Assembly: GCF_032444005.1 (NCBI RefSeq)
Contig: NC_091290.1
Coordinates: 133,796,001 to 133,860,000 of the forward strand
Direction of reading: 5' to 3'
Length of the DNA: 64,000 bases
Source: Ranitomeya imitator
Lineage: Eukaryota
In this document: piece by piece, positions 22,801 to 35,400 of the stretch
How positions within the stretch are numbered: the stretch's first letter is position 1
Layout: each line of letters starts with the position of its first letter
The notes under the pieces: model-generated
Database searches by the model: none
The model's input: only the letters and a program-made list of their open reading frames with translations
What the model was told of the DNA's origin: nothing
Translations under genes and position numbers: made by a program

Positions 22801-23409
22801 TGCCTTTAAAATAACCAGAAAGTTTCAGGTAGGACATATCGATCCTTAGTTTTCTAAAGTTTGGACAGTTATCTTATCTGTGATGGATCAAACATTGGGA
22901 CTGACAAATGATCCCTAAAACAGGGATGTCAGAGTGGACAGGTGACTACACGTCCCCCTGAAGGGGTATTCACACTTTTAGATAAATTCAAGATTTCTTG
23001 TTTTATAAAGAAACGTTCTGAAACTTACTCTAACATACTTGGTGCTTCAGTTCCTCTAATATTGAGAATTCTGCTTATTGCCAGTGAATAAAAACCCATA
23101 CAGGTCTCAATACTGAAAACCTCCATAATAGTATTCACATCTGAGAGTTTGCTACACTTGCGTCCAGACGGGACATTACTTTATGCTACATATTTTTAAG
23201 GTTTTTTTTTTTTTTAACTGATATATTTTTTTCTCTTCCCCTCGCCCCGTTTTATTTATGAACCCTTCCGGTCGTTGTCGGACGCCCTGCAGCCTTTGCT
23301 TTTCATGGACTTGTTGGATGATGGGGAATTAGTCCTGGTGGAGAGACCCCTCACTGACATCCTGACTCGGCTGCCCCCACCGATGAAACAGAAGAAATTT
23401 GCAACGTAA
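16894..23409 (+). CDS. UTP4: U3 snoRNA-associated protein 4 (cirhin), WD40 SSU-processome t-UTP subunit, 685 aa; exons 16894-17052,17173-17367,17457-17541,17634-17723,18976-19187,19267-19438,19523-19614,19706-19802,20494-20558,20819-20941,21025-21175,21800-21906,21995-22090,22175-22360,22718-22828,23293-23409
   Basis: Starts MGEFKVHRVRFFDYVPSG, includes AFGGPIW, HTHDVRAVAHS and LRKITFPH, and ends PPPMKQKKFAT*. The 16 exons sum to 2058 nt with consistent phases and GT-AG introns. A candidate ATTAAA poly(A) signal is at 23594-23599. Confidence 0.95.
17836..17947. mobile_element. Short TTAA-flanked T2-like MITE in a UTP4 intron
   Basis: TTAA-ATGGGTTATCCAGGCCTGGGG...CCCCAAGCCTGGACAACCTCT-TTAA, imperfect inverted termini. 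Confidence 0.6.
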
Positions 23410-26400
23410 AGCTGCATCCAGATTTTTGTATACAGGTTTATCAAATTCTTATCGAAGATTGGACTGTTGTTTAGTGGACTTTGATATCGCTCAGAAGACC
23501 GGGAATGGACCTTGTGTAAAAAGCTGCATGAGAGGTTAATTATTTTTTTTTTTTTTTTAAGGACTGAAAATGACTTCTCTGTCCATTTCCACAATTAAAT
23601 ATCTACATGTGGCCTTTCTATGGTTCCTGGGTTTTTGTATGTTTACTACGGAATATTTAATCCAATCATTAAAGTATTTGGGGGAAACTTAAATCAGGGA
23701 GGAGGGTGAAAACTTTTTCCTTTCCATGTGGGAAGCTGCAGGGTTAGCGGGAAATTATACTGAAAGCTTCCTGCATTATTGACTGCTGTTGGTTGAACGC
23801 CTGGCATCTTTACTTTGTGGTTTGTTAAAAAAAACACATTAATTTTCTAACAATATTCCAATTCTGATGACATGGGTGCATAGGACCCCATGGACGTCAA
23901 TAACGGTCAGTCTGCTGGCCGGGGTCAGCGCACTCAGCAACCACTAATTGTTGGTAAAACTCCCTCATTATTTATTTACGGCAGTCATTTCACGCTGGGT
24001 TCTTCATTAAGACTGCCGGCTGACGTTTCCCTTTACAGACAGGAATAATGGCGTCTTACGCGGTAAGTCGTATGAGCAAATAAGGAAAGGAACCGGCATA
24101 TGTCACTTTTTATGGAAAGCTGATCAGTGGTGACCAAGTGGTGTCCATGCCTCTTGCTCCTGCAAAACCCTAAAAGATGACAGCCACCATTACTGATAGT
24201 GTGGAGGGTCTGAGCATCAAATAGGATGGGGCTAAATGAGACAACCCCTTAAACAATTCTCCGAAAATGAGAATAATCGAGATTCATGAGTTACTGGCAT
24301 AGGGATATCGAAGGATGTTTTCACGTGATTGCTGTACTTGAAATTCCGCACCAAATTGGTAAATAAGTTTTTGCAGATATCGCTGTGGTTTCCGTTGCAG
24401 ATTTACAGCCAAATTCATCCTTTCAATTTAAAAAAAGGTAAGATCATGATATCTGCGGCATAAAATGACATGGTTTGGGATTGGCGCTGGTGCTATAATC
24501 CACTGCGGCGTCTTTCTCGGTTTTATTGGTCCCGGTTTATAGTGATTGTTGCAGGACGTGTGTGAGTTAAATTTACAGATATCGGAGAGTGCATCCTCAG
24601 GAAGGAAGGAAGGAACGCCTCGTGTTGGTGCCGGGCTTCCCAGATAAGCAGCTGTGACAAGTGAGATAGTCGCTGTTTGCAGTTCACTTATTTCTTGTAT
24701 CTGGGCATTGAGCTTTGGAGGGCTGAGCGTTCTGGGAAGTTGTATGCGTGTAGCTATGGGATGTTTTCCTATAGGGCATCGCCACGTAACTAACGAGAAG
24801 GGTGAACGAAAGTGATCAGTTAAAAATGGGGCTATTCTCACACTGACGGCAGTATGTATTACATATCCCACTATTTCCCCCCCCCATTAAGTCTCTATCC
24901 CATTTCCAAAATGGATAGACTAGAAATGAGTAATTTGATAGACACTACATCGGTCTGGTCCTTTGTTGAGTCATGACACCATAAGTTGCCACGGAGGACT
25001 GGACTGGACGCTGCACTAAGCCAGTGTGTTACCAAAGTGCTTTATCCCTCCCCATTGTAAAATGACCCTAATATTACACCTCCTCCTGTATGTACGTGTA
25101 TATATAATGCAGAGGGAGACCTTTCTGAAAATGTTAGACTCCCACTGCATGTACAGCCCCCTAAAATGTACACACTAGCACGTGGTTTGAAATAGTGACA
25201 CCCTATAACATTACTGGCTGCTCCTTCCCCCATACCCCCTGGGAGTGAGTACCCCAGGGTAAGAAGCACGACAATGAGGTATTGTGATAAGTGGGGGTCT
25301 TCAGAGTCAGTCTGAGGGCCAGTAGGGACCCTAATTTTGGTCTCCACCACTATGTGTTATTTTATTTCATTTTCTGCCACTGAATGTGCCCAAATCATAA
25401 TTCTGCCCCCTATTTAAGGTTTTCAGATCTGATACAACTTTAGAAGAGTTATTTTTATAAGGTTCGGAAAAAGTTTTTTTGAAAGTTTCTCGATTTTATA
25501 AACTGTGTATCATAACCTCGTCAGGAAAAAAAATAAACAAACCTGTAACTCTCCAAACTCTTTAACTATAACATAGGCGAAATCTTGAACGAAAAAAAGA
25601 AACGTCCTAAAAGTCGAGAGAAATCTGTGAAAGTATTTTTGCTGCGGTAAATATTTCTACTCCGCAGAACAGTGAACATGGTGATTGTGAGATCTGCCGA
25701 GCTCCTGACCTCACAGGAAGCCTCGCTCCGAAATACAGACGGCAGCAGAATATAGGGGTCGGGGGTTAACGTCTTTAATCTGAACAGTTGGGATCATTTT
25801 CTCCCGGCGCAGCTACTAGGACTGAAAAGTAAAACTCCGGTTTGGAGCAATTTTTAAAAATCTGAGGGAATTGCTAAAATAGCAATTACTTTATATAATC
25901 CAAGGTTCTTTTAGGAGAATCGATTTTTATTTTGTCTCATCCCAGCCCTGCAGAATCAGTCTCTAACCTGCCCCCTCTTATGTGCAACTACAAATCCCAG
26001 CATGCACAAAGCTGCAGTAAGTCAGCCTGAGACTATATTTTTTTATTTTGTAGATTGATATAACATCTGCAAGTGGAAGAAGTTGTATTAATAGTTGCAA
26101 TCGCTTCTCATGCAAGTCCCAACCCAGATTTTCGCTACGATTGCTCGCGTACATGACACAAGGGAGCGCTTCCCCTTTTTTTTTTCTGTGTTGTATTTTT
26201 ACTTTCCCCTATGAATAATTGCATTAAATAGAGCTGCACTACCAGATCCAGCCTACTGACCAGAGAGGCGCTGTTTCCGCTGATGATCTGCATGTGTCTG
26301 CTTTCCGTTTATCAAAAAAATACAATAATAATTTGTCAGGGGAGTATACAGATGATATCCATCGGAGGCCGTACACCTGCTGCGCTCCTGCTGACGTAGC

Positions 26401-27376
26401 GCCATCGCCCACCGGGCTGTGCGGAAAGAACAATGCAAATAATAAACATCGGCTTAGGATTGGACATGACCTTCAGGCTCCAGGAGGGGAAATCTCCTAA
26501 ACCTTCAGGGAGAATGTGATATGTAGGCAGGATAAATAAACGGAGGCATTAAGGGATGTCTGCAGGGGGTGTGGTGGTCATACATGGGCCCTAAACCCTA
26601 AGGGGGGGTCCAGAAGACCCCCTGCCACAAAGGGGACTGGTACGTGATAATCATAAAGTGCTACAGAATTTAACATCGTTGGATCAGATATGTTATTGAT
26701 GCCTTGGGCCCATGGTGGCATAGGGTGGTCTACACTTCGGCTGTGCCCCCCATTGCAGACTAGGAACGTCGGCATGTATGGGGTCTGCTGTGCGCTAAAA
26801 TGCAGACGGCTGGAGGAAAAGAAAGCTGTAATACCTCCAGAATGTCAGCTTCAGGGTCTGGATTCTTTTCCTAGTATTTGGCACAGGGGAGAGTTATGTG
26901 GATCTGACATACTTTCAGATCTTTAAAGGGGTATTCAGATTAAATATATATTTTTCTCCCTTTAAATGGCCCGTTTGATCCTGCAGCGACATCTCTTTGT
27001 TGACCACTGCAGCCAATCACTGACCTCAGCATTGATGCTTGCATGGCTATAGATTGGCTGCAGCGGTGAGGACAATCGGATCATAGGACTCTAATAAGGC
27101 CCCATCTATGTATTGAACTGTGGGCCAAAGAGACCTGCATGTGAACATAGACTTAGATTTTTGGAGGAAACTTTAGAAAAGCCATTTCCTCAGTAGTAAG
27201 AAATCTAAAGTCTGCAGAAAGTGTGAGAATAATAATTTTATGGGGGGATGTGTGAGCTGTGCCTGCCCCCGCTGCCATGTGTAATAGCAGCCAGCAGGTG
27301 GCGCTGCGCAGCGGGAGGAGGGAGCCGCCGCCGCCGCGGACACTGGCAGGAAGTGTGCAGCGCACAGGGGGCGACC

Positions 27377-27866
27377 ATGGCGGTGTGGACCCGAGCCTCC
27401 AAGTCCGGGCTCCTGGAGCTGCTGCTGCACGACCACTGGGTGCGGGTCCATGCGGAGCTCTCCGGGGACTCCCTGAGCCTGACCTCGGAGCAGGAGCCGC
27501 CAGCACTCAATGGCATGAGCAATGGCACAGAGGTGGCCCCTGGCAGCTCCCCTCAGGAGTCAGGACTGGGGAGCCCAGGTGCCAGGTTCCCCCCGGACAG
27601 CCCGGAGCTGGGCACAGAGCCAGTGAGGAGGGTGAGGGTGGTGAAGCAGGAGTTTGGAGGACTGGGCATCAGCATCAAGGGCGGCCAGGAGAACCACATG
27701 CCCATCCTCATCTCCAAGATCTTCCCGGGGCTGGCAGCAGACAAGAGCCAGGCGCTCCGGGTAGGGGATGCCATCCTGTCAGTGAACGGGGCAGATCTGA
27801 CCAATGCCACCCACGACCAAGCTGTGCAGGTGCTGAAGAAAGCGGGCAAGGAGGTGACCTTAGAAG
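27377..27866 (+). CDS. SNTB2: SNTB2 exon 1 (PH1a + PDZ)
   Basis: ATG at 27377; donor GTAAGC at 27867. Confidence 0.93.
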
Positions 27867-28555
27867 GTAAGCCGTGCCAGGGCATGCCAATCAGGGGTCC
27901 GACACCATTTCCCAGGACTTGTCATTGGAACTTGCACTTGTTAGAAAAAGTTTTGGCAGAAACTGCGCCCCCTCTTGTCCATTGGCGGTGCCCGGTATTG
28001 CAGACTAGAGGCAAAATTGGGGTCAACCCATAGACATGTTTTATCGTAAAGAAAGTACATGACTTCTATCAGCCACCAACTGGGTATTTAGGAGACCCCC
28101 ATAAAGAATCTGACAATAACCGCCCGACGCCCCGCATCCACATGAACGCGCAGCTTGGACCAGTGTGCAGGTTTGTTCTAACTGACACTTCTGGGGAGCA
28201 TTTATCTCACCGATGGGGCATGTCAAAATACAACATGTCCAATCCTTTTCCCACCCTCATTATCATCCTCAAGGAGAATGGCAGTTTTTGNNNNNNNNNN
28301 NNNNNNNNNNNNNNNNNNNNNNNNNNNNNNNNNNNNNNNNNNNNNNNNNNNNNNNNNNNNNNNNNNNNNNNNNNNNNNNNNNNNNNNNNNNNNNNNNNNN
28401 NNNNNNNNNNNNNNNNNNNNNNNNNNNNNNNNNNNNNNNNNNNNNNNNNNNNNNNNNNNNNNNNNNNNNNNNNNNNNNNNNNNNNNNNNNNNNNNNNNNN
28501 NNNNNNNNNNNNNNNNNNNNNNNNNNNNNNNNNNNNNNNNNNNTCTATCTATCCT

Positions 28556-28621
<66 letters not shown>

Positions 28622-29407
28622 CTTCTATCTATCTATCTATCCTTCTATCTATCTATCCTTCTATCTATCTATCCNNNNNNNNNNNNNNNNNNNNNNNNNN
28701 NNNNNNNNNNNNNNNNNNNNNNNNNNNNNNNNNNNNNNNNNNNNNNNNNNNNNNNNNNNNNNNNNNNNNNNNNNNNNNNNNNNNNNNNNNNNNNNNNNNN
28801 NNNNNNNNNNNNNNNNNNNNNNNNNNNNNNNNNNNNNNNNNNNNNNNNNNNNNNNNNNNNNNNNNNNNNNNNNNNNNNNNNNNNNNNNNNNNNNNNNNNN
28901 NNNNNNNNNNNNNNNNNNNNNNNNNNNNNNNNNNNNNNNNNNNNNNNNNNNNNNNNNNNNNNNNNNNNNNNNNNNNNNNNNNNNNNNNNNNNNNNNNNNN
29001 NNNNNNNNNNNNNNNNNNNNNNNNNNNNNNNNNNNNNNNNNNNNNNNNNNNNNNNNNNNNNNNNNNNNNNNNNNNNNNNNNNNNNNNNNNNNNNNNNNNN
29101 NNNNNNNNNNNNNNNNNNNNNNNNNNNNNNNNNNNNNNNNNNNNNNNNNNNNNNNNNNNNNNNNNNNNNNNNNNNNNNNNNNNNNNNNNNNNNNNNNNNN
29201 NNNNNNNNNNNNNNNNNNNNNNNNNNNNNNNNNNNNNNNNNNNNNNNNNNNNNNNNNNNNNNNNNNNNNNNNNNNNNNNNNNNNNNNNNNNNNNNNNNNN
29301 NNNNNNNNNNNNNNNNNNNNNNNNNNNNNNNNNNNNNNNNNNNNNNNNNNNNNNNNNNNNNNNNNNNNNNNNNNNNNNNNNNNNNNNNNNNNNNNTCTAT
29401 CTATCCT

Positions 29408-29465
<58 letters not shown>

Positions 29466-32400
29466 CTTCTTTCTATCTATCTATTAAGATTCAAGATTCA
29501 AGATTCAAAGAAGCTTTATTGGCAGGACCAAATACACATCAGTTTTGCCAAAGCAAGTGTATAGAGGCAATAGGGATAGGGACTGAGGGGATGTTGGGTA
29601 GGAGCTGTGGGGGGAGGTGGATGGGGCAGATCCAGGTTGGGGGCTATAGTCCATGGCATAGGGGAGGTGGATGGGGCAGATCCAGGTTGGGGGCTATAGT
29701 CCATGGCATAGGGGAGGTGGATGGGGCAGGTTCAGGTTGGGGGCTATAGTCCATGGCATAGGGGAGGTGGATGGGGCAGGTCCATTGTGGGGGCTATAGT
29801 CCATGGCATAGGGAAGGTGGATGGGGCAGATCCAGGTTGGGGGCTATAGTCCATGGCATCATAGTTCTCTTTCTCGCAGTCTATGGCATTCGCTCACATA
29901 CCGCGCTGCTATCTCCACCGCTCTCTCTTCTTCTCCCAGCAAGATATATGTTTTCTCTTCCTCCTTCATGGTGATGAAGTCTGGGAAGAGATGTGAGAGT
30001 CTCCTGAAGTGAGTGTCCCTCACTGCTGAGTATTTGGAGCAGTGTAGCAGGAAGTGGGTTTCGTCCTCTATGGCCTCCTGGTCACAGTGTTGGCACAGTC
30101 TTTCCTCCCTGGGCTTGTAGCTCTGCCTGTGTCGGCCACATTCGATGGCCAGACTGTGGGCACTGAGTCTATATCGGCTCAGGATCTGGCGGTCTCTGGG
30201 GTCCGGGAGTTTCTCCAGATATGGGGCCAGTCTGTAGTCTCTCTGTAGGCTCCGGTACATGGTCAGTTTCTGTGAGCTGATGATATCATTCTTCCAGTCA
30301 CTGACATACCTCTCCTGGCCTTCATCTGCCATCTTCCTAATTCCGGCTTTTGTCAGGTTGTTGTGATTGGTGTTCTGCTCCGGTTGGGTTTGGCTGGGCT
30401 GTTCCGGGGGTTCTGGTTTTTCTGTTTCACCTTCATGTATCAGGGCTTTATGGTGATGGGAGCTTGGATTGCTCCTATGCAGGTGAGCCCGGAATGACAG
30501 CGCCCTCTTTAGAACTGTCAGGTGTAGAGGGAATCTGCCCAGCTCGGCCCGACAAGCACTGTTGGAGGTGCTCCGATGGACCTGGAGAAGGTGCTTGCAG
30601 AATTCCAGGTGGAATATTTCTGTTGGACTGGAGTCCCACTTTGACCAGTCTGGGTAGGTGTGAGGACCCCAGACTTCGCTGCCATACAGGAGGATTGGGG
30701 CGATGATGGAGTCGAAGATTTTTAGCCAGACCCTCACTGGTGGCTTCAGATGGTAGAGTGTCCTTCGGATGGCATAGAAGGTTTTGCAGGCCTTGTCTTT
30801 CAGGGTCTCTATGGCTTGTTTGAAGTTCCCTGACCGGTGAATCTCTAGGCCCAGGTAGGTATATTTGTCCGTTCCTGTGAGGTCGCAGTTGTTGAGGATA
30901 AATGATGGGTGTTGGTCTGATCTTCTCTTTCTCCTCTGGAACACCATGGTGTTGGTTTTCTTTAGGTTGACCGGTAGGGCCCAGGTGGAGCTGAATTTCT
31001 CTAGGATTTTCAGGTTGTCCTGGAGGCCTTTCTCGGTTGGTGACAGCAGCAGCAGGTCATCTGCATACAGCAGGAATTTCACCTGAGCGTCGTGGAGGGT
31101 GAGTCCTGGTGCTGAGGAGGATTCCAGGGCGGTAGCCAGCTCGTTGATGTAGATGTTGAAGAGCGTTGGGCTTAGGCTGCAGCCTTGTCTTACTCCGCGG
31201 CTCTGCTGGAAAAAAGCCGTTCTTTTGCCGCTCACACTCACGCTGCAGCGGTTCTCGGTGTAGGAGCTTTTGATGACATCGTAGGTCTTTCCTCCTATTC
31301 CACTCTCCAGCAGTTTCAGGAATAAGCCCGGGTGCCACACTGAATCAAAGGCCTTTTTAAAGTCCACAAAGCAGGCGTATATCTTCCCATTCTTTGTATT
31401 GTAGACGTGTCTCTGAATGAGGCTGTGCAGAGTATAGATGTGGTCAGTGGTGCGGTGGTTCGGCATGAACCCTGCTTGGCTCTTGTTGAGGACGTTGTGC
31501 TCGGTGAGGAAGGTGAGGATCCTCTTGTTCAGGATACTGTTGAACAGTTTTCCCAGGTTGCTGCTGACGCATATGCCTCTGTAGTTGGCTGGGTCATACC
31601 TGTCCCCACTCTTGTGGATGGGTGTGATGAGGCCTTGGTTCCAGGTACGAGGGAAGTAGCCGGCACTCAGTACAATATTGAAGAGTTTAACCATTGCAGC
31701 CTGTATTTCTGGTGGGCTGTACTTCAGCATTTCTGGTAGGATTCCATCTAGGCCACCGGCTTTTCTACTTCTTATGGAGGAGAGTCTCTCGGTTACTTCC
31801 TGTAGTGTTATAGGTGTATCCACCGGGTTTTGGAAGTTTTTGATTTTTTCCTCCATTGCTTTTAGTTTCGCCATTATGTTTTCCTGTTCTTGGCTTAGTC
31901 CTTCCTTTGGAATGTCTTTATAGAGGTCTCTGAAGTATTGGAGCCAGAGGTTGCCATTTTGGATATGGTTGTTGTTTTTCTTGTCTTTGGTGTCCATGTG
32001 GTTCCATAGTTCCCAGAAGGAGTGGTCTTGGAGGGCGTCTTGGAGTTGATTGAGCTTNNNNNNNNNNNNNNNNNNNNNNNNNNNNNNNNNNNNNNNNNNN
32101 NNNNNNNNNNNNNNNNNNNNNNNNNNNNNNNNNNNNNNNNNNNNNNNNNNNNNNNNNNNNNNNNNNNNNNNNNNNNNNNNNNNNNNNNNNNNNNNNNNNN
32201 NNNNNNNNNNNNNNNNNNNNNNNNNNNNNNNNNNNNNNNNNNNNNNNNNNNNNNNNNNNNNNNNNNNNNNNNNNNNNNNNNNNNNNNNNNNNNNNNNNNN
32301 NNNNNNNNNNNNNNNNNNNNNNNNNNNNNCGCTGGGGTGTAGCGTCGGCCGTGCTGGCTGTCACCCAGCTTTCCCAGAACCAGATATGACTTAGAAGTGG

Positions 32401-35400
32401 CAAAACAACATTTTTACCAGCTATTACTATACTTACTCCTCTTATTGCACTGCATAAAATGAAACTTGTTTATACTAACCACACCCGAAATGTACTGGTT
32501 TCAAATTGCAGAGATTTCTCCTAGTTTTTGTGAATACCTGATTTTTAGTAATTGTCTTGCGCTTCTGTTTATCACTAATAAAATCTATAGAAACAGGCAA
32601 AAAAAAGTTAGTGGAAAACTGGATATTCTTGTTCCACTGACAAATAACTTGCAGACGATATCTACCGTATTATACTCCAGAGCTGCACTCACTATTCTGC
32701 TGGTGCAGTCACTGTGTACATACATTACATTACTGATCCTGAGTTACATCCTGTATTATACTCCAGAGCTGCACTCACTATTCTGCTGGTGCAGTCACTG
32801 TGTACATACATTACATTACTGATCCTGAGTTACCTCCTGTATTATACCCCAGAGCTGCACTCACTATTCTGCTGGTGCATTCACTGTGTACATACATTAC
32901 ATTACTGATCCTGAGTTACATCCTGTATTATACCCCAGAGCTGCATTCACTATTCTGCTGGTGCAGGCACTGTGTATATACATTACATTACTGATCCTGA
33001 GTTACATCCTGTATTATACCCCAGAGCTGCACTCACTATTCTGCTGGTGCAGTCACTGTGTACATACATTACATTACTGATCCTGAGTTACATCTTGTAT
33101 CTTATCCCAGAGCTGCACTCACTATTTTGCTGGTGCAGTCACTGTGTACATACATTACATTACTGATCCTGAGTTACATCCTGTATTATACCCCAGAGCT
33201 GCACTCACTATTCTGCTGGTGCAGTCACTGTGTACATACATTACATTACTGATCCTGAGTTACATCCTGTATTATACTCCAGAGCTGCACTCACTATTCT
33301 GCTGTGCAGTCACTGTGTACATACATTACATTACTGATCCTGAGTTACATCCTGTATTATACCCCAGAGCTGCACTCACTATTCTGCTGGTGCAGTCACT
33401 GTGTACATACATTACTGATCCTGAGTTACCTCCTGTATTATACTCCAGAGCTGCACTCACTATTCTGCTGGTGCAGTCACTGTGTACATACATTACATTA
33501 CTGATCCTGAGTTACATCCTGTATTATACTCCAGAGCTGCACTCACTATTCTGCTGGTGCAGTCACTGTGTACATACATTACATTACTGATCCTGAGTTA
33601 CATCCTGTATTATACCCCAGAGCTGCACTCACTATTCTGCTGGTGCAGTCACTGTGTACATACATTACATTACTGATCCTGAGTTACATCCTGTATTATA
33701 CCCCAGAGCTGCATTCACTATTCTGCTGGTGCAGGCACTGTGTATATACATTACATTACTGATCCTGAGTTACATCCTGTATTATACCCCAGAGCTGCAC
33801 TCACTATTCTGCTGGTGCAGTCACTGTGTACATACATTACATTACTGATCCTGAGTTACATCTTGTATCATATCCCAGAGCTGCACTCACTATTCTGCTG
33901 GTGCAGTCACTGTGTACATACATTACATTACTGATCCTGAGTTACATCCTGTATTATACCCCAGAGCTGCACTCACTATTCTGCTGGTGCAGTCACTGTG
34001 TACATACATTACATTACTGATCCTGAGTTACATCCTGTATTATACTCCAGAGCTGCACTCAGTATTCTGCTGGTGCAGTCAGTGTACATACATTACATTA
34101 CTGATCCTGAGTTACATCCTGTATTATACTCCAGAGCTGCACTCACTATTCTGCTGGTGCAGTCACTGTGTACATACATTACATTACTGATCCTGAGTTA
34201 CATGCTGTATTATACTCCAGAGCTGCACTCACTATTCTGCTGGTGCAGTCACTGTGTACATACATTACATTACTGATCCTGAGTTACATCCTGTATTATA
34301 CTCCAGAGCTGCACTCACTATTCTGCTGGTGCAGTCACTGTGTACATACATTACATTACTGATCCTGAGTTACATCCTGTATTATACCCCAGAGCTGCAC
34401 TCACTATTCTGCTGGTGCAGTCACTGTGTACATACATTGCATTACTGATCCTGAGTTACATTCTGTATTATACTCCAGAGCTGCACTCACTATTCTGCTG
34501 GTGCAGTCACTGTGTACATACATTACTGATCCTGAGTTACCTCCTGTATTATACTCCAGAGCTGCACTCACTATTCTGCTGGTGCAGTCACTGTGTACAT
34601 ACATTACATTACTGATCCTGAGTTACATCCTGTATTATACTCCAGAGCTGCACTCACTATTCTGCTGGTGCAGTCACTGTGTACATACATTACATTACTG
34701 ATCCTGAGTTACATCCTGTATTATACCCCAGAGCTGCACTCACTATTCTGCTGGTGCAGTCACTGTGTACATACATTACATTACTGATCCTGAGTTACAT
34801 CCTGTATTATACCCCAGAGCTGCATTCACTATTCTGCTGGTGCAGGCACTGTGTATATACATTACATTACTGATCCTGAGTTACATCCTGTATTATACCC
34901 CAGAGCTGCACTCACTATTCTGCTGGTGCAGTCACTGTGTACATACATTACATTACTGATCCTGAGTTACATCTTGTATCATATCCCAGAGCTGCACTCA
35001 CTATTTTGCTGGTGCAGTCACTGTGTACATACATTACATTACTGATCCTGAGTTACATCCTGTATTATACCCCAGAGCTGCACTCACTATTCTGCTGGTG
35101 CAGTCACTGTGTACATACATTACATTACTGATCCTGAGTTACATCCTGTATTATACTCCAGAGCTGCACTCACTATTCTGCTGGTGCAGTCACTGTGTAC
35201 ATACATTACATTACTGATCCTGAGTTACCTCCTGTATTATACTCCAGAGCTGCACTCACTATTCTGCTGGTGCAGTCACTGTGTGCATACATTACATTAC
35301 TGATCCTGAGTTACATACTGTATTATACTCCAGAGCTGCACTCACTATTCTGCTGGTGCAGTCACTGTGTACATACATTACATTACTGATCCTGAGTTAC

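Noticed and set aside
27005-27070. Paired CCAAT boxes upstream of SNTB2
   Set aside because: They form the arms of an inverted repeat (CTGCAGCCAATC...GATTGGCTGCAG) that looks like MITE interior rather than a promoter module.
27248-27376. In-frame upstream ATG giving SNTB2 a 43-aa extension
   Set aside because: Weak Kozak context and no resemblance to known syntrophin N-termini, whereas ATG 27377 has GCGACCATGG and starts the conserved MAVWTR. It cannot be fully excluded without TSS data.
28142-29749. ORFs of 424-535 aa
   Set aside because: Artefacts of N runs and the (TATC)n microsatellite.
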